Positions 1 to 8,100 of a DNA stretch of 64,000 nucleotides are shown here, piece after piece. The DNA lies in IMG/VR virus record IMGVR_UViG_3300044922_000175, positions 32,001 through 96,000 of that record. One strand, written 5' to 3'. Every line of letters starts with the position of its first letter. Positions within the stretch are counted from its first letter, which is position 1. The notes beneath the pieces were generated by a model. The model did not search any database. It was not told the origin of the DNA and was given only the letters and a program-made list of their open reading frames with translations. The DNA is from a virus. Position numbers and translations under genes: made by a program.

Positions 1-1
1 T

Positions 2-466
2 TTCTTGCCCTAATGCTTGTATATAAGAGTCAATGATTCTAGACACGGCTTCAGGTTTTTCATCAGCTTTAAATTTAACTTTAATTTTAGCCATTCCTGA
101 AGCAGTAGGATTAACTCCTGAGTCTACTTCAATTCCTTTTATATTGTGTTCATATCCCTTCTTCTTAAATAGTCCCAGTAAAGACTTCTTAAGACTAGAT
201 ACTTCTTTCTCCTCATCCCCAAAAATTAATCTAGCTTCAAACTCTATGTCTAACTCATCTAGTCCAATAGAAGAGTGATCTGCTAGAATATAAAGAGGCA
301 CTAATAACTCCTTGTCTCCAATCATAAAGTTTGTAACTTTAGGAGTACCATCCTCATTAAAGTAATTTCGTAGAGCATTAATGTGTTGTCTTTCACTAAT
401 ACTCTGAGAAACCATAGCGGCCTCTAATAGACCGCCAACTAGTTCCTCAATGTTTAATCTTGCCAT
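2..466 (-). CDS. DUF2589-like protein, partner paralogue (3'-truncated by window edge; missing from ORF track)
   Basis: Translated by hand from ATG at 464-466: MARLNIEELVGGLLEAAMVSQSISERQHINALRNYF...LDELDIEFEARL...AKIKVKFKADEKPEAVSRIIDSYIQALGQE. Open to the window edge. The N-terminal (L/I)E(E/D)L helix mirrors the upstream DUF2589 gene. Confidence 0.6.
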   Translation of the reverse strand, partial: MARLNIEELVGGLLEAAMVSQSISERQHINALRNYFNEDGTPKVTNFMIGDKELLVPLYILADHSSIGLDELDIEFEARLIFGDEEKEVSSLKKSLLGLFKKKGYEHNIKGIEVDSGVNPTASGMAKIKVKFKADEKPEAVSRIIDSYIQALGQE

Positions 467-492
467 ACTACAAAACTACTCAAATTTTCTGA

Positions 493-1083
493 TTAAGATT
501 CTTTACTCAATGGAACCAAAGAAGGCTCTAACATTGCTGTAAGGAAGTCAGACAATTTAAGCATACCTTCTGTTGGAGGCAACTGTTCTGCGTGTACTTT
601 TACTTCGTACTTAGCTGAGTTATCTGTTTGTCTAGTATTCTCACGGTGAGAACTTACGCTACCAGATACTTTAGCATTAAAACTCATACCCCACCATTTG
701 CCACCTGCAGATACTTCGTAAGCTGTTTGAGAATCATTAGATTCTTTAGACATGTCTGAGGTTTTTACTTCCATAGTAAAGTTAATATCAGCAGAAGTAA
801 TTGCTAAAGAAGGCAATGGAACTAAAGGAAGCATAGGAACTTTACTGTAAACAGTTTTAAGTTCTTGGATTCCTGTATCTCCATCTGTAAATACACGTTG
901 CATTTCTACGTCAAGTGAGCGTGCAACATTAGCATCACCTTTTTTCTCAAAAGCTACCTCAGAGATGTATCTCCAAGTTACTTCATTTAATTTAGCTTGT
1001 CCTTTTGCCATTCCGACAATAGGGCTTACAATAAGGTCTTCAATAGGAAGTCCTCTAAATTGATCTGCAATTGAATCTGCCAT
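493..1083 (-). CDS. DUF2589 family protein
   Basis: N-terminal FRGLPIEDLIVSPIVGMAKGQAKL, central VPMLPLVPLPSLAITSADINFTMEV and C-terminal TDNSAKYEVKVHAEQ match my recollection of the DUF2589 pattern. Confidence 0.75.
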   Translation of the reverse strand: MADSIADQFRGLPIEDLIVSPIVGMAKGQAKLNEVTWRYISEVAFEKKGDANVARSLDVEMQRVFTDGDTGIQELKTVYSKVPMLPLVPLPSLAITSADINFTMEVKTSDMSKESNDSQTAYEVSAGGKWWGMSFNAKVSGSVSSHRENTRQTDNSAKYEVKVHAEQLPPTEGMLKLSDFLTAMLEPSLVPLSKES

Positions 1084-1111
1084 AATTTATATATTAGTTT
1101 GTTTTATTTGG

Positions 1112-1315
1112 TTATTTAAATTTAACTGTACCACTGTACGATTTCTTGACACTTTCTATTTCTTTAATTGCAGAATAAAAGGAAGTTTTTATTTCTTCAT
1201 TTATTGTGAAGTTAAAAATAGTGCTGCAGTGTGGACATCCTGATTTAGGATTCTTTAAGATAAACTTTAGGTCTAAGCCTAAAGGTTCTTTACACATAGG
1301 ACAGGGTATAGCCAT
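1112..1315 (-). CDS. Small zinc-ribbon protein
   Basis: Two CxxC pairs (CPMC, CPHC) in 67 aa, followed by a helix. Confidence 0.7.
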   Translation of the reverse strand: MAIPCPMCKEPLGLDLKFILKNPKSGCPHCSTIFNFTINEEIKTSFYSAIKEIESVKKSYSGTVKFK

Positions 1316-1317
1316 AA

Positions 1318-1668
1318 TTAAGAGTTATTTGGGTTAGATAATGATTCTCCGTCTTCTTCATCTACCTTTTGAATTAACATTTTGTCACGGTCTTCTGAGT
1401 TAAACCAATAGTCAACTACCTTGTTTAAGTTACCTACAAAGGCACCAAAAAGAATAAGTAACATTTCTTTCCAGTTCTCTTGGATTTCTATTCCAAAAAA
1501 TACTGCAGAGTTAATACCAAGGATAATAAAGAAGAACAAACCTAATACAATTGCTGTAATCTTCCAACGGTTGGCTTGCATTTGTTGTAGCATGTAATAG
1601 AATCTGTTCTTAGGATCTACTACTACTGGTTCTGCTTGGTTAAGACCAAGTGCTTTTTTAATGTTCAT
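1318..1668 (-). CDS. Two-TM membrane protein (holin-like C-terminal motif)
   Basis: Hydrophobic segments ITAIVLGLFFFIILGINSAVFF and MLLILFGAFVGNLNKVVDYWF. 4-nt overlap with the upstream gene. Confidence 0.65.
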   Translation of the reverse strand: MNIKKALGLNQAEPVVVDPKNRFYYMLQQMQANRWKITAIVLGLFFFIILGINSAVFFGIEIQENWKEMLLILFGAFVGNLNKVVDYWFNSEDRDKMLIQKVDEEDGESLSNPNNS

Positions 1669-3557
1669 TTGTTTACGACAATTTTAGAATGTAATACTTC
1701 ATGCTCTGTTACTACAGTAAGTACATATACACCATCAGATAACTGACTTAGATTAGCACTATACTTATACTTACCTGCAGGCATCTTTTCATTTAGAATA
1801 GTCTGTATGCGTCTTCCTACCTCATCAGAGATAGCTACATCTACATCAGCATCTTGTTTGATCTGGAATTGGATCTGTACTGCTCCATCTGTAGGATTAG
1901 GGAATACGATAATAGAGTTAAGATCATTTAAAGAAACAACTCCTTTGTTAATCCTACGTACTTCTATGATACCCATAGCAGGAGTAATGTTCATATCTTT
2001 AGACTTAGCATCACCTACGTATTTAGCACCAGTCCATAAAGCTGCAGTAGCCCAAGAGTCTTGTGGTTTCTTAGCGATAAACTGAAGAGTAAATACTTGC
2101 TCTCCATCATTTAAGAGGTTTTCATTAGTTAAGTCAGCACCTCCCCAAGATACTATACCGTTAGAAGGGTTTAAGTAAGAAGTCCACTTCATCATCTTCT
2201 CGGTGTTCTCTACTTTCTTAAACTCTAAGTAAGCAGTATCATAACGTAAGTCTAATTGAAGTGCACCTAATTGCTTGCCATCTGTAAGAACTTTAACAGG
2301 AACGTTAACTAAGTTACCTTCATCTACAGTTACTTTAGGCATGTTAATCTCAATAGTTTCTGCAGGGAAATCATAAGACACAGTCTCATCAATGATGTAA
2401 CGCTTAGCATTAGCTGGGTTAGTAATCTTGATAGGAGTCAAACGAGCCATCTTAAATCCTGTAGAGTTTGCATCTCCTTTAACAGCTACGTAGTAAGTGA
2501 TAGAATCACGACCATCAATAGTGTAGTTAAAGTTGTTAATCGTAGAGTAAGTAGAAGTTAGGTTAGTAGCTGATCCGTTAATTGAATTGTATTCAGCAAC
2601 TGTGAAGAACATTACATCTTTCTTAGAGTTAGGCCAAGCTGAGAATCTACCTGCTAAACGTCCGTACACAGAGTATACGTCAGCAATAGTAATAGAACCA
2701 TCAGTGTTGTTTACATCCATTGTGTAGTAGTCAAATCCAGAAGGAGTGTATTGAGCTAAGATAGATTGGTTAATCTTTTGTGCATCTGCAGTAGAGAATA
2801 CGTTACCAGGAGTCATTGTATCTCCCTTAACTACCATACGTACATCCCAGTAAGTAGTATCTAAGAATTTACGGAATACTACAACACCACTAGAGTTAGT
2901 TGCTTTAGCTTCTACCTGAGTCCAAGATCCACTAGGAGCTTTCTTCTCTAAAGACACCCACAAGTTCTTAGCGTCAGAACCTGTTACGTTTTTAAACTTA
3001 GCAGCAAATCTTAATACTTTTTGGTTAAAACGACCACCATAAGAGTAAACTACCAAAGTAGTATCGTTACCCCAGTTAGTAGCAGCTTTGTTAGCAAATG
3101 ATTTAACACCTGCAACTTTCAAAGTTTTAATAGAATCTAAAGTATTCCATGTTGAGCTTCCTGCGTGCGTGAAGGTTAAATCAAAGGTAGCTCCGTTAGA
3201 ATAGTTGTAAGTAGAGCTAGATCCAGTGTAAGCCAAAGTTACTGTCAAGAATCCTTGTGAGTTACTATCTACGTACTGAAGATACTGATCTGTAGTAGAA
3301 ATCTTCAAAGAAGGAACTACACCAGTGAATGCAGTGTTATCGTAGAATACACGGAATTGCATACCAGTGATCTTCTCTGAAGTAGAAGTGTTATAGAAAT
3401 GTAAAGGTGCTACTGTCTGTCCTGCAGTAGTAGTAGCAACTTGGTAACCAGAATCAATCACAACCCAGTGACCTGTACCTGGAGATGTGCTAGAACTTTG
3501 CGCAAACATTACTGTTGCAAACAAAGTAGTGACAAGTGAAGAGATAAATTTTTTCAT
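1665..3557 (-). CDS. Secreted cohesin/dockerin-like protein with type IX secretion (Por) C-terminal sorting domain
   Basis: Sec signal MKKFISSLVTTLFATVMFA|Q. Cohesin-like ITGMQFRVFYD and LGALQLDLRYD domains. Dockerin-like STADAQKI...MDVNNTDGSITIADV. CTD IIVFPNPT...ISDEVGRRI...LSQLSDGVYVLTV...KIVVNK. Confidence 0.8.
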   Translation of the reverse strand: MKKFISSLVTTLFATVMFAQSSSTSPGTGHWVVIDSGYQVATTTAGQTVAPLHFYNTSTSEKITGMQFRVFYDNTAFTGVVPSLKISTTDQYLQYVDSNSQGFLTVTLAYTGSSSTYNYSNGATFDLTFTHAGSSTWNTLDSIKTLKVAGVKSFANKAATNWGNDTTLVVYSYGGRFNQKVLRFAAKFKNVTGSDAKNLWVSLEKKAPSGSWTQVEAKATNSSGVVVFRKFLDTTYWDVRMVVKGDTMTPGNVFSTADAQKINQSILAQYTPSGFDYYTMDVNNTDGSITIADVYSVYGRLAGRFSAWPNSKKDVMFFTVAEYNSINGSATNLTSTYSTINNFNYTIDGRDSITYYVAVKGDANSTGFKMARLTPIKITNPANAKRYIIDETVSYDFPAETIEINMPKVTVDEGNLVNVPVKVLTDGKQLGALQLDLRYDTAYLEFKKVENTEKMMKWTSYLNPSNGIVSWGGADLTNENLLNDGEQVFTLQFIAKKPQDSWATAALWTGAKYVGDAKSKDMNITPAMGIIEVRRINKGVVSLNDLNSIIVFPNPTDGAVQIQFQIKQDADVDVAISDEVGRRIQTILNEKMPAGKYKYSANLSQLSDGVYVLTVVTEHEVLHSKIVVNK

Positions 3558-4003
3558 TTTTTTATGTTATTTACAGCGTGTTCTATGAGCCAAGGCTCAG
3601 GATTTTCTAAGTTTTTTATAAAGCTAAGTTCATACATGTAGCAAAATGTCTCCTCTTTTTCCGGAATCATTTCTATACCTTTCTTTGCTATATAAAGATG
3701 TAAGCTTTCATGTACTAGAACTACAGCAATGTTATTTATAGAGTTTAGTTTAAGATCGGCTACAGCTATGTAGATGTGACCTTTACCATTCTCTAGTTCA
3801 CAAGAAGAGTAGGGACTTATCATAAAAGATACCTGAGAACAATTTGTATCAAGCATCTTGTACTTATCTATGTCTACCTTCTTTATCAGTTGAATTGCTG
3901 AATCAACTTTTAAATCCCAACCGTCCCCAGCTTTGTCAATTTTGATTTGAGCAAAACAAGGGACGGCTAAGAATAAAAAGAGGTTAATTACTAACCCCTT
4001 CAT
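3554..4003 (-). CDS. Putative exported zinc metallopeptidase (HExxH)
   Basis: Signal-like N-terminus MKGLVINLFLFLAVPCFA|Q, VLVHESLH motif and downstream EE as candidate third ligand. Confidence 0.6.
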   Translation of the reverse strand: MKGLVINLFLFLAVPCFAQIKIDKAGDGWDLKVDSAIQLIKKVDIDKYKMLDTNCSQVSFMISPYSSCELENGKGHIYIAVADLKLNSINNIAVVLVHESLHLYIAKKGIEMIPEKEETFCYMYELSFIKNLENPEPWLIEHAVNNIKK

Positions 4004-4006
4004 AAA

Positions 4007-4594
4007 TTATTTAATGTCTTTAGACTCAATAAGAGTGTAGGTAAAAGAGTTACCACCCAATGTAGCAGCTTTCTTACAGATTGCCATGAATGCATCAAAG
4101 TCAGCAGACTTCTTGAACACTTGGCATCCTTCAGACCAGTTCTCCACGTAAGTAGAATCTGCACCAGCTTTATGAATGTTAATACCGAAGATGCCTTCTT
4201 GTATCTTAGATTCATCATAAGTCATGTCTTTGTTAGCATCACGGTAAACCTTTACGTTTGCCTTTTGCTTTAACGCTTCATACTTACCTTGGTGTAATCC
4301 TACATGGTGTGAACCACTGTATTGACCAGGCACTAAGCGTGCAACACCAGCAGCATTGTGAAATTCTTTAACACCCTTAGTTCCGGGATCTGTAGTAGCA
4401 GGCCAGATTTTAAATTTCCATTCTCCATTTTCTTTGTAAGAAAGAGTTAAATGATCATCAAATACATTAGTTACTTTGTTACCAGTAGAAGAATTACGTA
4501 CACCAATGATATTTACATTGAAGTCACCATTCTCAAAATACTTGTAACCTTTGGCTTTCATTGCAGCCTCAATTTGTTCTCTAGTATAGCTCAT
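4007..4594 (-). CDS. Putative endolysin with L,D-transpeptidase (YkuD-like) His/Cys catalytic motif
   Basis: GINIHKAG (His at 4172-4174) ... NWSEGCQV (Cys at 4124-4126). Lies directly after the holin-like gene. No signal peptide. Confidence 0.65.
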   Translation of the reverse strand: MSYTREQIEAAMKAKGYKYFENGDFNVNIIGVRNSSTGNKVTNVFDDHLTLSYKENGEWKFKIWPATTDPGTKGVKEFHNAAGVARLVPGQYSGSHHVGLHQGKYEALKQKANVKVYRDANKDMTYDESKIQEGIFGINIHKAGADSTYVENWSEGCQVFKKSADFDAFMAICKKAATLGGNSFTYTLIESKDIK

Positions 4595-4631
4595 AATAGT
4601 TTATAGTTTATAGTTTATAGTAAACAGTGAA

Positions 4632-4880
4632 TTACTCCTCAGTGTTAGCTTCTGGCTTCTTCATGATTTTCTCAACAGAAGTCAAACCTAAACAACCAAA
4701 TGCAAGCAATGCTACAGCGTCCACTAAAGGAACAGAAGGAGCAAAGTGTGCTTCAGTAAAAGAGTTAGCATACAAAGTAGCGCAAAGAGTAATAGTGCAG
4801 ACTAAGCCACACAAGCGCTTCATGGAAACGGAGCCTTTTTCATCTTTGAAAAGACCACCAATAAAGTTTAATAGTTTCAT
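4632..4880 (-). CDS. Putative holin
   Basis: 82 aa, two TM segments (RLCGLVCTITLCATLYA; LVDAVALLAFGCLGLTSV), SMKR before TM1 and a charged C-tail. Precedes the lysin. Confidence 0.65.
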   Translation of the reverse strand: MKLLNFIGGLFKDEKGSVSMKRLCGLVCTITLCATLYANSFTEAHFAPSVPLVDAVALLAFGCLGLTSVEKIMKKPEANTEE

Positions 4881-4936
4881 ACGGTATTGTTTTTACCGCA
4901 GTTGATTCGGGATGCAGCCCTAGATGGTTTTTAGGG
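4881..4936 (-). promoter_or_regulatory. Structured 5' leader of the holin gene
   Basis: Minus strand: CCCTA-9nt-TAGGG (4918-4936), and CGGTA-AAAACAA-TACCG (4882-4898) directly before the ATG. Confidence 0.45.
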
Positions 4937-4946
4937 TACTACATAT

Positions 4947-4954
4947 ATAATATA
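4947..4954 (-). promoter_or_regulatory. Putative variant (late?) promoter TATATTAT upstream of the lysis cassette
   Basis: The same or a similar octamer occurs at 42867-42874, 44230-44237 and 46822-46829, each in an intergenic gap. Confidence 0.4.
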
Positions 4955-4966
4955 GTGAAAATTAAT

Positions 4967-4974
4967 TAGATTTG
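4967..4974 (+). promoter_or_regulatory. Bacteroidota -7 element (TAGATTTG) for the small plus-strand ORF
   Basis: Matches TAnnTTTG, 12 nt upstream of the ATG at 4987. No clear -33 TTTG. Confidence 0.4.
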
Positions 4975-4986
4975 AATAACATAGAT

Positions 4987-5142
4987 ATGATAGGTATAAG
5001 TTTCCTTCCAAAACAAGATGTACTCTTAGGAGTAAATGTAGATCTCCTCAACTATGAGGAAAACGGTAAAATGATTGAAGCAACAAGATTATCCTTTGGA
5101 ATAATCTTTATCACTTTATGTATTTTATTTAAACACAAGTAA
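4987..5142 (+). CDS. Small 51-aa protein with hydrophobic C-terminus (below ORF-track cutoff)
   Basis: MIGISFLPKQDVLLGVNVDLLNYEENGKMIEATRLSFGIIFITLCILFKHK*. Fills the intergenic gap, preceded by a -7 element and followed by a hairpin. Confidence 0.5.
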   Translation: MIGISFLPKQDVLLGVNVDLLNYEENGKMIEATRLSFGIIFITLCILFKHK

Positions 5143-5148
5143 AATGTA

Positions 5149-5164
5149 GGGGGAGAAATCCCCC
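5149..5164. terminator. Probable bidirectional intrinsic terminator
   Basis: GGGGGA-GAAA-TCCCCC hairpin between the convergent stops at 5142 and 5166, with AT-rich flanks. Confidence 0.7.
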
Positions 5165-5165
5165 A

Positions 5166-8100
5166 TTATTTTACATAGAAGTCTGTTACATTATCATAAG
5201 ACTGCCACCTGTTTATTGTATACAGTACTGGCAATGCATCTGACCATTGTTTGTTAAGTTTTAACTGACCCTTTCTAGAACCTTGTTTGTAATACAAACT
5301 CTCCTCATCAAACGCATAGTTATAAGGAAAAGCAAATGTATCACTAACAGCCTCTCCTAATTCACCTAGTAATTTAGAAGATGCTATAGGACTCTTCATT
5401 AACATGTAAGCATTAGCTGGACTAATGAAACTTGTTAATTCTGAAGTCTGTCTATCTGCTTGATAAGCTAAAGCATTTAATAGTCTCTTAAGCTCTTTGT
5501 CATCATCATCAAAATCCATACCTGCAATTAATGAAGATACAATATGAGCAATAGCAAAAGAAGATAAGATAAATGTAAGTTCTGTTGCTACCCGGTTTAA
5601 GTTTTTAATCTGATCTTCTCTTAAACTTTCTTTAGCATCCCTAATCTTAGTAAAGATATCTCCTCTTGCAGATTTAATATGAGATATAAAGCTAGCAAAT
5701 GTCCGGTATCTTCCCTCAATCCAACCAAGGTTTTCATCATAGTACTCTCTTTTAAATCTTGCTTTGAATGCTGGATATACCCACTTGTGAAACTGGAATA
5801 CTAATCTACCAATACTATAATCTTGTAAAGCAGCTCTATCTTCATTAGAGTAGTTACCGTGGATTTGTTTGTTTACTTCACGAATATTATTTCTAATATC
5901 ATAACGTTCTGTATCTGATAACTCAAAGCCCGGCTTTAAAGAAACATTACCGGTATTAGGATCAAAGTCATAAGCATCATATAAAGAGAGTGTCTCACCT
6001 TTATCATTTGTAATTTGCTTAGACATAAGAATAGCCATGCCTACTTTACTCTGCACGTTTGTTTCCGCAGCATCTTGTAAAACATAACCCCATTCCATTA
6101 ATCCACCTTTCTCCTGTACCTCTCTTTGAGCAACACTATCTACCATTCTGTATAGATAAAGTAAAGCTTCATATTTAGACTGAGGATCTTTTTGACCATA
6201 GTAACCTTTACTACTTGCTAATCCTTTAAATGTTCCAGGTAAATACTCACTGTTATAAATACCTACAGCTCTAAGCATAGCTTTTTTATCATAGAATAAT
6301 CCACCACCGGTTTCTATACCGTTGTTTATTCTACCCATAGCATAGTTATTTATATTACCAAAGATGTTAAATCCTACATATGATAAAGATGTTGCATTAA
6401 GTACTTTACTTATAACATTATCTACAGTAGTCTTATCAAACTCTTGCTCTTCATAGTAAACCATCTTTAACCATTTTTTCAAACGTGTAGCTGTTCTACT
6501 CTCTAAACCAGGTATAGTTTTAGCTTTAGTACCCGTAGCAGTACGTACCAATACATTCTGAGACTGACTATACTCTCTATTCTCAACAACTCTCTTTAAT
6601 GCAAAGATTGTATCTTCAGCATTACTCAAGTGTTGATAGTTAGAAGCCATTGCTCTAAACTTAATTAAGCTATCTACTAGATCAGTATTAAGCTCATCTT
6701 TACTAAGCATAGATTCATTTCTTTTGAGCTGCTGTTCTAACTCTTTTAACTGTTCTCTATACTTAGTTGTAGATACCTTACCATCTCTAAATTCAGTTTG
6801 TAATGCTTCTATCTCAGATTTAATCTTATCTATAGTAAACTGACTTTTAAGCTTACCTGTAAAGAAAATAGGAGGTGTTTCAATAATATTACCCTCTTCA
6901 TCTGTAAGAACCACCTTCTGGTAACCAGCATCTGTAAAGCTTTTAAACCAACTAGAAATAGATTTAGTCAAAAGTGTAGTAACACTAGCCGGATCCTCTT
7001 TTAATTTATTTAAGAAATTCTGCTTTTGCCTTGGTAACTTACCAGTCATATCCTTCTTAACTGAAGGAGGTAACATCTTAAGAGCTCCGTTTTCAAATTC
7101 TTGTAACCAGAAATCATAGAAATCTTTCTGTGCTCTCTCTAGTTCTGTAGTAGGATTCATGATCTTGATATACTTTTCATCAAGCATGTTCTCACCGGTA
7201 CTAGCAATGTCACGTACTTCTTTAAACTCTGGCTTTACAAACCATCCTTTTCTAACTGTAGTAGCTCCAAAATAACTACCATCTTTCTCTCTCTGTGCAG
7301 TTACATACTCAGAGTAGTTATAGTATTTATTCTTATACGCTGCATATTCTGCATCTGATACACCACGTTTTTTTCTCCAGCTATAGTTTCTATACTCTTC
7401 ATACTTATCCCGGATCTTTTTAAAATCATCAGTGTATTTGTGATAGTCACCATCTTCTGGTTTATTGTTAACTATTTTTTCAGATCTAGTAAACTCACTA
7501 TAAGCTTGTCTATTTAAGAAAAGTTCTTGGTTAAACTTAATATCTTCAACTTTAGCATCATCTAAATTTGGTATATTTATGTATTCTAACCAGTTATTAT
7601 TATTGTCTACAAGCTTATTTCTTAACTCGTAGAACTTCTTATAGTATTGATAACCAATCTTTTGTACATATCTACCAGTAAAATTTCCGTCCTTATCATA
7701 AACCAACATGAAATCATAATTGGGTTTACCACTTGATAAAGATGCTAATCTATTACCTAATGCAATTGCTTGATCACTAAATGCTTGTACATCATCCTCT
7801 ATCTTTTGCTTCTCTCTTTTATATACTTTATCAATAAGAGCTAAGATAGTATCCGTACTAGTTGCTAAGTCACCAAGTTGAGCATCAGCTACAGAGATAT
7901 CTGTAGTTTCTTTGATGATGGCTTTTATATCATCCTCTGTAAAATTTCTAGTAGAATTAGTTTTAATAAAATTAATAGTAAAGTTTTCTATAGCCTGATC
8001 AATTGTAGTATCAGCAATATTTAATAAATCTGTTACCGCAATTGCAATCTCTCTCTGACCAGGATTAACAACATTACTTAAACTAAGATTACGGATACCT

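Noticed and set aside
4000-4218. Alternative-frame 72-aa ORF nested in the lysin as a possible o-spanin
   Set aside because: No lipobox or signal peptide, and nested spanins sit within i-spanin genes rather than endolysins.
4881-5165. tRNA or CRISPR array in the intergenic gaps (also 44100-44261 and 46783-46897)
   Set aside because: No cloverleaf or T-loop consensus and no regularly spaced direct repeats.
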